From: Eukaryota sp. GEM-RC1
Taxonomy: Eukaryota
Assembly (NCBI GenBank): GCA_040285855.1
Contig: JAUFOQ010000001.1
Span: 620,001 to 684,000 of the forward strand
DNA length: 64,000 nucleotides
Direction: 5' to 3'
A program made the translations under genes and the position numbers. This document shows, in pieces, positions 27,481-40,801 of the stretch; within the stretch, counting starts at the first letter, position 1, and each line of letters begins with the position of its first letter. A model generated the notes under the pieces. The model was not told the DNA's origin and did no database searches. It worked only from the letters and a program-made list of their open reading frames with translations.

Positions 27481-28102
27481 ACGGGGTATTAATCTTATTA
27501 AAACTTACCAATTGTTCAATGTTTCCATCCCATTTGCTACATTCAACAAATCTTGATTGTCCTGGAGCCTCTACTGTAAGGATATATTGACAGACCCAAA
27601 AACAGCACGGTCTTGCATGAGCCATCGTGCTCTTGGAAACAATCATTCAGTAAGAGAGAAAGCATTTTTTTACTTATTGTATGGCAATTATAATGTATTG
27701 CGAATCCCTGCAATACGATCAGGAATGATCTTGCGTTGTGAGTTGTGAACGATACAACCCAAAAATCTGTATACTTCTTTTGTAAGTGATAGTTGACACT
27801 TGTCTCTTCTCTATTGTTTCCAAAATCTACCTTTGTATCTGAACACTGGACTATAAGCAACTTTAAGGAGTACAAACGGTGAAGTGTCTACTTTTTTCAG
27901 TTTTCTGCTTTGACGGAGTCTGGAGCATTATTATCATTATTATTCATAACAAACTACTAAATTGTTTGACCACTACGCTACGTGAACGGCACCATGTGTA
28001 TTTCGAATTGGTCTTCATTATTTCTTGGAAAAACAGCGTATTTCATCATAATTCAATTTATAAAACCGCAATTCATCATCTACATCTCTTATAACTTACT
28101 TA

Positions 28103-28489
28103 ATGAAAAACACTCTCTCTGCATTGGCTAATGCATTCTATCCTGGAAACATGCAACTTCAAGTGGGTGAGATTCTTGGAAAGAATCAGCTTGATGCTTC
28201 GACCTTTCTTCACGTTTACTCTCTAAAGACAGATAAAGAAATCTTCTGCAGTCAGTCGAACAATAGAAGACTAGATTTTGCTTGCAGTTCCGAAGAATGC
28301 TCCTTTCATGTCCATTGCACTTCACATGCAGAGGAACATCCATTTACACTTAAAACTTTGAGAGGTCACCATCCATTTTGCAAGGCACTGTCAAAACAAA
28401 AAGTCACCGAACCTGTAGTTGGTAGACTTTTAAGGGATCTCCTTCGACACGAAAAGCTCTCTCCTACGAAAAATCTTCCACGATCTTGA
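28103..28489 (+). mobile_element. MuDR-type (WRKY-like) zinc-finger transposase N-terminal fragment
   Basis: CSSEECSFHVHC...FTLKTLRGHHPFC fits the Cx4C...HxxC pattern. Confidence 0.5.
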
Positions 28490-28879
28490 TCGGCAAATGT
28501 CCAAGAACTCAGTAGCAAGAGCCTGTCAAAAAGCACAGGAAATTGAACAAAAACTCGTGCTTGTTCCACAAGATTTATTCAATGAAATAGCGGTATAAGA
28601 ACTGAAAAACTTGAGGAATAGAAGAAAAAGATTATTCACAGATACTTGTTGAATAGCCATCAATAAATATAGGAAATAATGATTGTTTTTCCTACTGTCA
28701 TGTCACGACGTCATGACAGAATTCATTTTGTTGTCAGGCCTAGGTACGCTTATTGAAACAAATACGTGTCTGATGGAAATAGTAGTTGACTATTCTAATT
28801 AGTTTCACAGCAGCTCATTCATCAATGACCAGATCAAAGTGGGAAAAACACGATTGGAACTGTAACTTAAGCCCAAAGA

Positions 28880-29757
28880 ATCATCTGCTGAAGGAAAACT
28901 GAACATCCTAATAGGCTACATTCTCGAAACTAAACAACCTCTATGTATTGTTGATAAAGCTTCCTTTAAGAGAATGATGAAAGAGTTTGATGAAAACTAT
29001 ACCATCCTTGAACGACAAACCCATAGAAATGTAATCCTTCTACGTCATGTCAATGTAAAACAGCAGGTGAAAGCAGTCCGTTGTTTGGGTTACAATCTGT
29101 TGCAGATTGAGAGTGAGCTCAAGAATTATCTTCATAAAATCAAAGTTCAATTACAGGCGATGCAAGATCTCAAGATAACCACTTGGCTTTTTCAGTACTT
29201 TCGGTCTGTTTTGGATCGAAAATCAATCATCCACTTAGATCTTTACCACGTGAGCTTTCTCTTGGTTTTTCTCGTGAGTTCAACTCTTTGAGAACTCAAC
29301 TTTTGGGGAATTTGGTTGAAATCAAATCAATAGTTCTAAAATTGCTTATCAAGCCTTTTTCAGTCCATAATTTGGCGGTGTTGGTTTTTCAAGAGCTGAG
29401 TATTTAGGTAAAAGTGCTTTCGCTGGTGGTTTGAAGAACTTTCTATTTGAGAATAAGCTTCGGTTCGAAAATAGTTTCGATTCAGTCGTAAACGGCTCTT
29501 TCGTTGACCAACTTGTAGAACACTTGTAGACGTTGGAAAATCTCTAAAATAACATTTAAGAAATGTCATTCATTGTTTAGTCTCTTGGAACCGAATTTGC
29601 TATAGTTATCAATGGTTGGACAGAAACTGTTCAATATCTTGCAGTGCTTACACAATTGAAAAGAATTCTTATCTACTAGACTTTGTCGATTTTGCCAACT
29701 CTATTATTATTCTCAATTCTACATTCTTTTGGTGTGAAAAACAATGCTGGAAATGTT
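28880..29757 (+). mobile_element. CRE-clade RT thumb-region fragment
   Basis: CFGSKINHPLRSLP and FGGVG motifs; inverted duplicate of 14620-15490. Confidence 0.7.
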
Positions 29758-31149
29758 GGAGTGTGAACTAATCAAATTGTTTCTTTGATATAAAAACAAC
29801 AAGAAGACAAAAAAAGGAAAAGAAAAGAAATTGAGCCTCTACTTGAAGGGGAGATGTTAAGCAGTTTGTTCAACAATCAGTTATTGGAGGTCGTGTTATG
29901 ACCAATGAGTACCAAGAACAATTTTACAAACCTGCTAGATACTCAACCCGTAGGTACATAAATCCGTACTATCAACCAGATAGGGTCCAACGTTGTAGAA
30001 TCTTCAACAGGATTGTATATAGAAGATTTTTATAGAAGATTTAATATGCTTGTTTCCGAACACGATAAGAACGTGTCGAGCGACGGGCAGCATTGGTCGG
30101 TTGGGGTTGGAGTTGAGGAACATCCGAACTAGGCTGTTCAGACATGAGACAGAAGAGGTAAAAGAAATTCCACTGAAAAGGGTATAGTAAACAAAATCAC
30201 GTTTAACCCTTAAGGATGATTTTTTATCGCTAACACTTTTTCTTTACCAGACAACACGCCACATGATCGTGATCATACATGTGCATCCAGATGACTGTTA
30301 GTCGTTGTTTACTCTTACAACTCACCAGTTGTTTACTTATAATTTGATAGTTTTACCTGGTTGAACCAGAACTATTAGCGAATCAATTTCTTGCTTAACC
30401 ATTTGCATACACATCTCCCAACTTCTGATCATTTTAATGACGTTAACATTGTTGAGGTGGCTGATTGTGATATACATGAAAAGTTTCAGATGTATGAGTT
30501 ATGACCTTGACATTAGGGTCACTGATCAAAATCATCGTTCCTTCACTCTGACATGTGTTTTTCACAATTAACATACTTAGACATGAGTTTTATATAAATA
30601 TGCAAAAGGTGATATAACAAAAACTTAAGATTCTGTTAAATGTCTCTCTTTACTATATGGACTGAATATAAAATACAGAAAGACTAAATGAGAACATCAG
30701 ATATAACACCAATTCTTAAGTTCCTCAACTATCAGCTTTCAACAACTTACTACAGACTGGTTTTAGATGTCCCTTGTATCAAAGATTTGGTTAAACAAGT
30801 CAATTTTAGTTGAAAAACGAGTTTCTTCAGTCGTGATCTATGAGGGAAAAATAGAGGATGTAAAATAAGATTCAACACCAACATCCACTTCGTTCTGTAT
30901 TTTTAATCAAAATCCACAAAGATTCAAGAAAAAATTCAAAATCCACATTATCTCAACCCAATGTTGAAAAACCACAAATGACTTGATGACGTATGATGTG
31001 ATTGTTCGACTTAATTCCATTTCATACACCGTTTCTCCTTCCCAAACAGTACTTCATTTTGCATCAGCTTTTATATACTTTAGTGTCTTACTGACTGAAA
31101 TATAAACTACAGGCACATTTATGTAGTAACTAGGACAAGATGTCTTGCT

Positions 31150-31560
31150 TTGACCTCTTCCTCCACATATGTTAAATGTATAAGTTCGTTTTAGTCGATG
31201 TTGGTCAGAAGACTTGTGATCTTTGCGAGATTTTCCAGCACATGTCGCATCGGATTTTTCTTCATTCGTACAACCTTCGGTCTACCAAGATCATATCCTT
31301 AATTTTTTATTGGTTTTCTTTAAGGGTGTCTATTTTCTAGAAAGTACTAATTGTAAAGGAATCGTATAGACCGTTGAATACATATTTAGTCAGACCAAGA
31401 GAGTCCTATAGTCCATTAAAGCCACGAAAGTAACACAGATCATCACGGACAATTCAGCCAATTGTTCTAGTGCTTGTCGCCTCTTTTTTTGTTTCCAAAT
31501 TTATTTGACTCAATAGGTTCTTTCGATGACTTGTATATGCTGCCAATAGAACACTAAAGT
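31150..31560 (+). mobile_element. hAT (DUF659-type) transposase remnant
   Basis: Manual translation HILNFLLVFFKGVYFLES...YIFSQ...KVTQIITDNSANCSSACR. Confidence 0.6.
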
Positions 31561-32599
31561 TACCATCAAAAAATCAAATACTAGACAACATAATCTCAAC
31601 ATACGAAACCAGAAATCATAAAAATGTTTACTGCTGTTAATTCAGAGTTGAGTTTTACCACTTATGAATGGACGTCTTATAGTTGTATTTTGTTTATCAC
31701 AGTGACTAGACATGGGATATACCACGATCTCAAGTTCAACAGTGCAATCGTAGTCATTTCTCAGGAACCACCATTCCACAAAGAGTCCGTCGTTGTCTTG
31801 CGTCATCAGAACAATTTGAAAAAACATCAAATGACAGTGATGGTAATCATATCGCTCTTCCTCTTACATATCCTCAATAAACTACGTTTGTTTCGATACC
31901 TATTCTTTGAGTTCCTCTTATACAGCTACACTTTGGAACGCTATTTCGACAGTAACTGCAAACGTGGAAGATGGAGATAAGAAGGAATCCCAAGTGTCCC
32001 CCTGTTACGTGGTTGTATATGGGTTTCGGGTGTTTCTTACTTTAGGATGCCTCAGTGGAATTCTCTTTGCAAGTGAGGCGTAAGCTAGGGGAATCAAAAA
32101 TAGAAAGATGAAAATCATCAGCATTCAGAGGAGTGTCATGGATAGAGAAAGAGTTTGACATCAGTTAGAATATTGCTCAGTGTGGCATACATGTAGTGCA
32201 TTCATGGAAAGCAAATGGTGAAAGAAAGTAGACTGAACTGACACTTGATCATTGCATTAGGGAGGGTTCTTCATCTCCTTTAACCAAGGGCTAGCTAACC
32301 ATGCCTACATTTGTTTGTACACATCAGAGCTCTTTGCTTGTTGCCACGGATGAAATTCACTTTCGTAGATTAGTTACGTCAGTTTAAGTGTCTATTTTAC
32401 TAACAGAAGGATGATTCGGGAACTCCACACTGAAGAACTATTGAAGCTGCAATTAAGATACTCGATGCGTCTTGTTCAGGGCTTTACTAGTGCCTGCATT
32501 GGGATTTAATCTGAGTATCGAATACAAGATGGTTTGTTGGTTGAAAAGTAAATTTTGTTCATTTAATAGTGGATTTCGGAGAAACTCAAATAACGAAAT

Positions 32600-33497
32600 T
32601 TGCTTTCATTATCGTGTTTTGATATCAAAACTAAGATAAAAATACTGATGAATAGAAATACGAAATCAAAAAGACACGGACATATGCAGAAATGATGTGT
32701 TCAGGAGTTCCAAGTCATTGTCATTAATCAAATGTAATTCCAATCCTCTAATCATGTTAAAAATCAAAGAAAGTATTCAACTCTAAATTTCCCAATCAAG
32801 TACAAGAAAACAGACTGTACCTCTGCTCCAAAGAGATGATCAAATGAATGTAGTTGAGGAAGGTCTTTATAAACCATAGAAAACGTGTTTGATTGAAGAA
32901 ACACGTTGACTGATTGATGAGCAGATTCAAAGAAACGACGGATCACATAGCATCTGTTTTAGCGAATGAGAAAACTCTTACTTCAAATGACGGAGCGCAA
33001 GACGATGGTCTCTATGATTGACGTTGAGAGGACTTTAAAATACAAACAAGTGAAGAGTGATCAAGATCACTAAAGACTGCTGAAGAGGTAAGCAATGAGA
33101 ACGAAGCAGTTAGTGTATCAGAGTTAGGTTGCGGGGAGGAGATACTAGAAGAGGAGGAAACATTGAACACTTAACTGCTAGTCAGTGTTACATTATCATC
33201 AAATAAACGACTACTCTTCAGTGGAGGTTCAGGATTAGACATGTAGTTTTGTTAAAAGGCCACAAGAACATTGGTATGCTGATTTGGTCTCATTTACTTA
33301 TCTCCTTCTCTATTACTTCAAATGTCATTCTCTCTTTCCCCAGCAGAAACTCTTTCCATAATTCTCGATGAACCCTCTTTATGCAACCAAACCATTTCAT
33401 TCGGCGGGGAATCCATCGAGGTAAACAAATCTGTCCTTGCTGCTCACTCAACGTACTTCCGATCCCTCTGGTTCTTAGAGTTTGGGGATAAACTTGA
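32600..33497 (+). pseudogene. Inverted duplicate of the BTB gene head plus its divergent partner; BTB truncated after ~58 codons
   Basis: ORF 33322 MSFSLSPAET...FGDKL; reverse complement of ~13040-13920. Confidence 0.85.
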
Positions 33498-33499
33498 CA

Positions 33500-34250
33500 T
33501 GTCTATCTCCTGAGTCTCTGTTGTTCTTGAATCTATATCTCATCTTCTTCATCGCATCCTCTTGATCATATCACTCCGTTTCCATTGTTTGGACCACGTA
33601 TTGATTCGATCCTTCCCTCTCAACTCTTACAATCGTCCGCGGTCCTCGTTCCTGTGTCTTCTTGTGTTTCCGTTATCACTTGTTCTCCACCGCGGTTTGC
33701 TTTCAGTTGTGGTACAGCAACCATATCTTCCTCAATATCACTTCTTCTTCCACTTACTCTGACTTCTCTTCATCTTCCTCGTCAACAAGAGATGAAACTC
33801 GTCTTGACCTTGATCTCTCTCAGCCTAACTCATCTAACTCGCCTCTGTGATCGTTTCCAAATTCCTTGTTTGTAAATCTATCATCGTTTACACATGTTTT
33901 CTATCTTACTGCATTCTGTAACTCATGAGCTCTGTACACGTGATGAGAGAAACTTGATCACGTCATTCCTGTTTTTTAAAAAATTCAGAGAATTGTTTCG
34001 TTGAAGTCATCATTATGTTATAAGAAACTGCTCTTTGTTGACTCTTCAATCAATTATCGAGATTTATCCTTTATCAAATTGACTTTAAATATTGTTTACT
34101 AATGCACTGACTTTCACTGTTTCCAGTTATTTATGGCATCTACTATTATTGAATTGATTAATTGAAGAGTGTTTTTCCATAAAGTCTATATGATGAGAGA
34201 AACTTTCATCATTGTTGATTGTTGTAAAATTGACAGTAAAAAGTCAAATG
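33500..34250. repeat. Dispersed ~2-kb repeat, copy 3, fused to the truncated BTB gene
   Basis: CCTGAGTCTCTGTTGTTCTTGAATC and GTGATGAGAGAAACTTGATCACGTCAT match 6510-7000. Confidence 0.8.
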
Positions 34251-35203
34251 ACATTACTTTACCATTTCCAAACATTATTCTTGGACCAATTGTGTATCTT
34301 TAACTTGGCTATCGACGTAACTACGGATTGAAATTACACGATTGTCCATTCATCAAACAAAGGAGTCTGGTAATCCAATACCGCAAGCTCTGCTACGTAC
34401 TTGTAGGAACAGTCTAAGGTAACGGAAACTCGTTCACCGGGATTACCTATTCAAACACCCAGCTTCAGTTTATCAGTGGCTGCCACGAATTCCTCATGAA
34501 TTGAATGCTTTTTCTTTTCAAAAAGTTCTTCTGTACTGTCCTGGTAACAGTCAAGGTTCAAATTGTTAAAGTTCTTTTCATCGATCTATGACCAGATTCT
34601 ACTCTAGATGATGTTAATTGATTCCGGTGAATAACACAATTCTACCAATTGGTTCATCTGTGTTTAGTGGTAATGCCTAGTTAAGGCTTGAACGAGAAAG
34701 GATGGTACCTTCATAGGGAAAAATAAAAGACTACAGTTCACTTATAGAACACGTGTTAACACTTGCTGTGCTAACAATGCTCTTCTCTCTTAAAACCTCT
34801 CATGGCTTGAGAGCAGCGAGTGTTTTTCAAGCAAACCTCGTGGAGGTGCTTGGCCTTGGACCATGTGGTCGTATTTAGTCGTATTTGATGTATTCACATC
34901 CTCAACATCAATGACCGATAAATCGTAGTAATCGGGATTAGTTATTGCTGTGGGACTGGTTTCGACTTGATAGCGTGTCCAAGTGTTCAATTAAATGACT
35001 CAATACATGGCAATAAACAGAACGAAATTTGAGTTTGTACATGGACTGGTTTTGATCGAAAACTGCTTTTGTACATCGCTTGAACATGAGTGTATCTGCG
35101 GGGAGAAATTGAATTTCTCACTGAAGTAAAGATATGGTAGACCGTGGCGATTCTAAGTAGTATAGATCAATAAGTCTTGGAACTTTGGTACAGAAGCCAA
35201 TAA

Positions 35204-35901
35204 TAGGGCTCCCAATTCACCCGGGGTGACCCCGAACCTATTACTGGGTGAAGTCACCCGTTTCACCCAGCTCACACATGAAAAGTAGAAACTTGTGCAT
35301 GTAATAAATTACTTGAAATAAGAAATACTTTATCTATTCAAACAACTAACACAAGTCCTCATAGATGAAGAGTTTATTCACAAAAAGAATGAACAAGGAA
35401 TTGATTTTTAGATTTGGTTGAATCGTATTGTCTTTACAATACTTAACTTAATTCGTAGTTTGGTTTCCAAAAGCTCTATTAGCTCTCAGTATTTTTTATG
35501 AAGCAAAAGCTGATGTGAGTTTTAATGACAATGAATGTTGCTGTAATTATATTGAGTTCTAGTTTTTGTATTTATCCTATTGTTTTTGTTCCATAAACAA
35601 TTCACAACAAAACTGTTGTATAAAAATCATTTCTTGACCTTAATTTTATACATTGATAAAAAAGGAGAATATAATTGGATAAAAATATATAATTATGTAT
35701 ATATAGCCAAAAATACAACATGAAGCACACATGTATGAAATCATGTTTCAACAAAACGGGAGATCACCTGGGTCACCCCACCCCAAGGCTAAATCGACCC
35801 CGGGTCACCCCAGACCTCTTTGATGGGTGACATCACCCGGTGGGGTGAACCCGACCCGGGTGAATATTTTGTCACACGGGTGGGGTGAATTGGGAGCCGT
35901 A
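35204..35901. mobile_element. Non-autonomous hAT-type element (698 bp)
   Basis: TIR TAGGGCTCCCAATTCACCC (1 mismatch), GGGTGA/TCACCC subterminal repeats, TSD GCCAATAA/GCCAAGAA. Confidence 0.9.
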
Positions 35902-35923
35902 GCCAAGAACAAGAAGAGGTCTT

Positions 35924-36343
35924 TCAAAAATTGAATGCATTTGACCAATTAAATAAAGATCGCAAAAAGGATTGAATTGAATTGAATAGGAGAACAAATA
36001 GAACAGATCTGGCAGATTCAATGTCCTTCGCCTTAATAAAAGATAAAAATAGCATCACATAACGAGAGATCATTGAAAGAGGCATGGAAGAGTTAGGGAA
36101 CCAAGTTGGAGCGTTAATAGGAGGAAACATTTCGAAATATATGTCAGCCAAGAACTCTCGAGTTGATTCATTGTTTCTTCTAGAGAGATGTAGAGGAACA
36201 TCTTGCAGACGATGAAACTTAAAAAATTCATCAAATTTTTGCTTAGAGAACTGGTCATTGGGTAGATTATGGAGACTAATTGCAACAGAAAGACAACGGA
36301 ATTCATAAGATCGTTTCACCCTGGGGAGATCACCGCGGAACAT
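35924..36343 (-). CDS. Hypothetical protein, possibly truncated
   Basis: Open frame of ~140 aa with protein-like composition; no family recognised. Confidence 0.35.
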   Translation of the reverse strand: MFRGDLPRVKRSYEFRCLSVAISLHNLPNDQFSKQKFDEFFKFHRLQDVPLHLSRRNNESTREFLADIYFEMFPPINAPTWFPNSSMPLSMISRYVMLFLSFIKAKDIESARSVLFVLLFNSIQSFLRSLFNWSNAFNF

Positions 36344-36392
36344 AAGATAAACAGTCAAAACATGGGATGTTTGTCTAAGTCAAAAACATGTA

Positions 36393-37874
36393 CACTCTTC
36401 ACAACAATTAGTCTGAATCCGACTAATTATGAACATACCTAGGAAATACAGATACACTGTATCCTGTATTTGTATCTGTATCCTAACATTGATCTGTATC
36501 GTGTATTCTGTATCTTGTGTATTTTGTGTATTTTCTTACAAACCCTTCAATTGAAACTGACAATGAAGCGCATACCAGTCTACTGCATTAATAACCAGTG
36601 TCCACAAATTGGCTTCAAGGAACAAAAGTCATCAAATGTATATACAACTCGAAATTGTTGGATGGACACACACAATAGCATTTGTTATTTTTCCTTATTC
36701 CTCAATGTATGTATGTTCTGTCCAATCATCTCTCTGATGTTAAAGCAACATCTCATTTCGGTGTACCGAAGAATATTTTAAAGAGAGAGGGAAACCTCAT
36801 TATAGAGGGAAAAGAAGTTTTTCAAATAACAGTCACACTGATGATAACTGAATTTTGAAGTAATTTACATCCTTAGACTTTAACTGACATCAAAATAGAT
36901 GTATCTGTGATACCTGTTGATGCAACGGGAAAAGAAATGATTTTTATAAGCATAATATCAGGACTTCAAAGCTGTCCCACCATATGTTTAACTAGTCGAG
37001 AGAAATAAAAGGCATATTCCTATAAATGGAAAACACTCTACGGTTTTTCCATTCAGACATTCTAAACTTATGCTTCTTTTCTTAACACAGCTTTTCGAAA
37101 TCCTTGAAAAATTGATCACCAGCATGACTAATCGATCCAAAAAGAGAAACAACAAAAGGTTGGAACACAAATTTGGAATACATGTGATCCAATATATGTT
37201 TAACTCTGTTTATGATGCAAACTTGTCTAACAACAACCAGAAGTACATTGCCACGTCAACAGAAGAACCTTGTGACTAATGATGTCTTTATATCTGTATC
37301 TGTATTTTTGTATTTGTATCTGTATTTGTATCTGTATTTGGAAATGTTTTCGTGTATTTCCTAGGTATGATTATGAATGTTCATTGAAACAGTTCCAAAC
37401 ATTAATTACTCTGATTCAGAGTAATTTATGATTCAGACAAATTAATGACTGGGAAAATTAGTTTGGGAGAGTAATTTTGATTATTCATATTTAGACTGAA
37501 CAAATATCCCAAACATAAAAACTATCTAGATCATCAACTCTTGTTATGTTTTCAAAACTGTTATCTTGTACATTAAAATCTTTGTTGACACCTTTAATAG
37601 AGGTATACGACCGATGAAATTCAGAAACAGGACGGATCCGCTATCGAATTACCTCTTCAAAATTGATCAATGACCGGATTTTCTTTCCAGCAAGTGCTGT
37701 ATACATGTATTCAACCGCAGTGTCTGGGAAGGATACTGAAAGAAAGGGCTATACAACACAATTTGAATGAAAAATATTGGACACTCCTAAAGCGGTCAAA
37801 CAATAACAAGTCTAAATCAGACTAATAAGTGATTCAGACTAATTATGAATTCGGTCTAATTGTTGTGAATAGTG
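36393..37874. mobile_element. Tc1/mariner-type non-autonomous element hosting a nested hAT element
   Basis: TIR CACT(C/A)TTCACAACAATTAG flanked by TA on both sides; CAGACTAAT subterminal repeats. Confidence 0.8.
36434..37369. mobile_element. Nested non-autonomous hAT-type element (936 bp)
   Basis: TIR CATACCTAGGAAATAC, perfect TSD ATTATGAA, TGTAT subterminal repeats. Confidence 0.92.
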
Positions 37875-37886
37875 TAGTATTATGGA

Positions 37887-39250
37887 TAGTGTTGCACGAA
37901 ACGTTTCGGCGTTTCCCACGTTTCCGTTTCCGAAATGTTTCCGAAACGTTAATGACTCCAAGGAAACGCATCCGAAACGTCACTAACTGTTTTCAAAACT
38001 TGATGATTACCGAAAATTTCTTCAAACAATTTGTTCCGTCTGTTGTACTTTATTGGTATTTATATGATTGTTACGAATAAAATTGGATACACAGTAGCAG
38101 ACCGCTAAAACGAAAACACTTGCTGGTATAACTGTAGTTTGTGATCCAATTCTATCTCTAAATTTCATAACATTGGGAAGTACAATCCATAACAACATTG
38201 ATGTATGACACCTGTACCAGTCAACCGGAATTTTGGCGAAGAGAGAAAGTTGGTGGAGAAAAATGGAGATGTAGAACCATAGAATGTAGACCTTGGAATC
38301 GGATTTTTTATCCCAAATCCGATCCGATCTGAATCTGACTGATCGAGATCTGAATTCGATCCAATCCTGGTGTTCAATATCCGAATCCAATCCGAAAGAT
38401 CCGATCGGATTCAGCTTTTTTATCTAATACATTTCTTTGATTGTGTTTTAGTTGTTGCATTCATCTTACTGTTTTAGTTCCATAAAGAAATGACTTCCTT
38501 TGAACTGGTTGTTTGTCAAATAGAAGGATAACAAAATACTATTAACATTCATTAGTCAAAAAGTAACATTAATTATCAACGAAAAGTCCATCATCGGCCA
38601 TAAATCAATCCAAGTTTTGTTCATGAATTGAGTAAAACCAATAATGTACTTGAAATGTGTCACATTTGTAAGATGCTCTATTTTGAGACACAGCTAACCC
38701 ATCACGGGAAAAGAGTCTTTCACAATGGTACAGACGATACCTGTATTGAACAATAATCCAAGAAGATTATCAGAATCCCAGAGGACGTCTACATCCGAAT
38801 AGTAAGACTTTTGAAACAGATGTAGTTTCTGAATTTACTTAGGGAGGAGTCATGTTCAATAGTCATATTTTCATATCAATCGTTTTAAATAACGTGTATT
38901 ATTAGTAAAGAAACGGGGTCAATGATCAATACAGTTAATTACAGGAATTACTTTTGTAAAAATAATAACTCAAAGACATCAACTAATGAATCTATATTAG
39001 TATTAGTTAAGTAATCAAATGTATTTTGCGTCCACAACAATATAAAAAAACATCATTAGAAATCCGATCGGATATTTCGGATCTGGTAGGATAAATCCGA
39101 TCCGAATCCGAATCCTAGCAAAACCAAGAAAATCGCTCCGATCCGAAGTTGATCCGATTCCAGGGTCTAATAAAATGACGTTTCGGAAAACGGAAATGCC
39201 ATTCCGAAATGAATTTCCTCAAGAATTTTCACAGGTTTCATGCAACACTA
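37887..39250. mobile_element. Non-autonomous hAT-type element hosting a nested element
   Basis: TIR TAGTGTTGCA(C/T)GAAAC, perfect TSD ATTATGGA, CGAAAC/GTTTCC repeats. Confidence 0.92.
38287..39169. mobile_element. Nested non-autonomous hAT-type element (883 bp)
   Basis: TIR TAGACC(T/C)TGGAATCGGAT, TSD ATAGAATG/ATAAAATG, ATCCGA repeats. Confidence 0.9.
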
Positions 39251-39253
39251 ATT

Positions 39254-40091
39254 ATGGAATCTGAAATGTGTCAATGTACACAAACCCTTGGACCTGACAG
39301 CATCTGTTGGCATAGGTTCTGTCACAAGTCTGTTCTCAATTACGAAGCAAAGTCTGCAGTTGATAGCTATCAAAACTTCATGAAAACCCGTCTGTTTGCA
39401 GATAGAGATCTCGCTTTCACTCCCCCTGTTTATATGCCATCGTCTCCCTTTCTTCCACCGCAACTCAAAATCTTGGGTTGCATGTCTGTTGGATCTTCCT
39501 CGAGCATTCTGTTTAGGATCTTCCTTTCAATACTCAACTCTATATCGAAAGTCTTGGTTCGGTTTTCGTCGTTTCTTTAGTCCTTCTGATGTATCCAATA
39601 CTACCAGCCAAATCTTGTCACAGTACCCAGGCGACTCTGTTGGACACTTCCTTCAAAGACTTTACGATACTACCCCTACTTGTGAACTCTGTCTTGACTT
39701 GATATTCCGATGGCTTTTCTCTGATAGAAACATCACCAGAAGACCAGCAGAACTTCCAGCAGTTAACAATCTACTGTATACTATTAAAGGAAGGAAGGTA
39801 CGTCATTTTGAAGAAAGAATTGATGCTTTTGTCACTGCTTTCATTCATCTCTGCAATGAACTACCAAACGATATCATTCCTACTCGAGATGAAACCTCTC
39901 CATCTTGGGTCAAGACCATCATAGATTTAAGGACTACTGGTGATCAGTCTCACACACGCAAACTGAATTTTATTGAACAGATAAAGATTTATCTTAAAGC
40001 CAGCACGTTTGAAGAATTGACTAAGTCAGATGCTTTTGTTATTATGTCCAATTCTTTTGGATTTATGAAGGAACATCTGCAAAATCGTTGA
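39254..40091 (+). pseudogene. Hypothetical gene with an N-terminal CxC...CxH cluster; one frameshift at ~39575, 5' end disrupted by insertions
   Basis: ORFs 39209-39580 and 39396-40091 overlap in different frames; CQCTQTLGPDSICWH has SWIM-like spacing. Confidence 0.45.
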
Positions 40092-40271
40092 ATTTCACAA
40101 TTCAATCTGTGTATTTTAAATCTATTTGTGTAAATTATCTGAGAAACTTTTTCCAATATATCTCAGGGAAGATGATGTTTACTAATTAATTCTTGGTCCT
40201 AGTAGCACCACACTTTCCTTTCCAATATTTTCTAATTGTTTTGGTTACTGTGGGATTTTTAAAATATAGAG

Positions 40272-40600
40272 CAGTGATGCGAAAAAATTAATTTAATTAT
40301 AATTAATTGAATGAATTCCCTGAGAATTATTTAATTCTAGCCGCTTAGAATTTTAATTAATTAATTGTTACACCTTAGAATTATAATTCATTAACGGCAA
40401 TTACTAGAATTAATTTTATAATTCCCTTTTCTTCACCTTATGTCGTCTTCTCCAACTCCCAAAGAGATAGCCTTGTTCTTTTTTACCTTTGTTGAACCAC
40501 AACCCGATGTTCCTGATGGAAAGTCTAATACCTCATGTCTTTATCAATGTAAAGGTGCGACTTTACAACCTGGATTGCTGAAGGCTATCAAAACCTATAT
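40272..40600 (+). mobile_element. hAT left end plus BED-like transposase start
   Basis: CAGTGATG terminus, AATT-rich subterminal repeats, then MSSSPTPKEIALFFFT...YQCK...GYQNL. Confidence 0.55.
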
Positions 40601-40801
40601 TATAGAGTCAGTATAAATTTTATTAATCAAATCATATTCTATTGTCCTTAAATTACACGAATATCGTCTTGAACTAAGCTTTTTTAGAACTGATAATGAA
40701 AATGATACTTTCTAGAAAAGAACAATTTGAAGTGAGCACAGTGGTTCAGTTGAAGATCACTGCAATTGATGGAAATTGAAAATCCAAAGTTCGTTCATAA
40801 A

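Noticed and set aside
25300..27880. Further transposase scraps (DGVP/SMDGA at ~25550-25860, WSLKG at ~26220, FQEHDG/PGQS at ~27550-27640, TTDNA at ~10165)
   Set aside because: Probably DDE remnants, but too decayed to delimit or classify with confidence.
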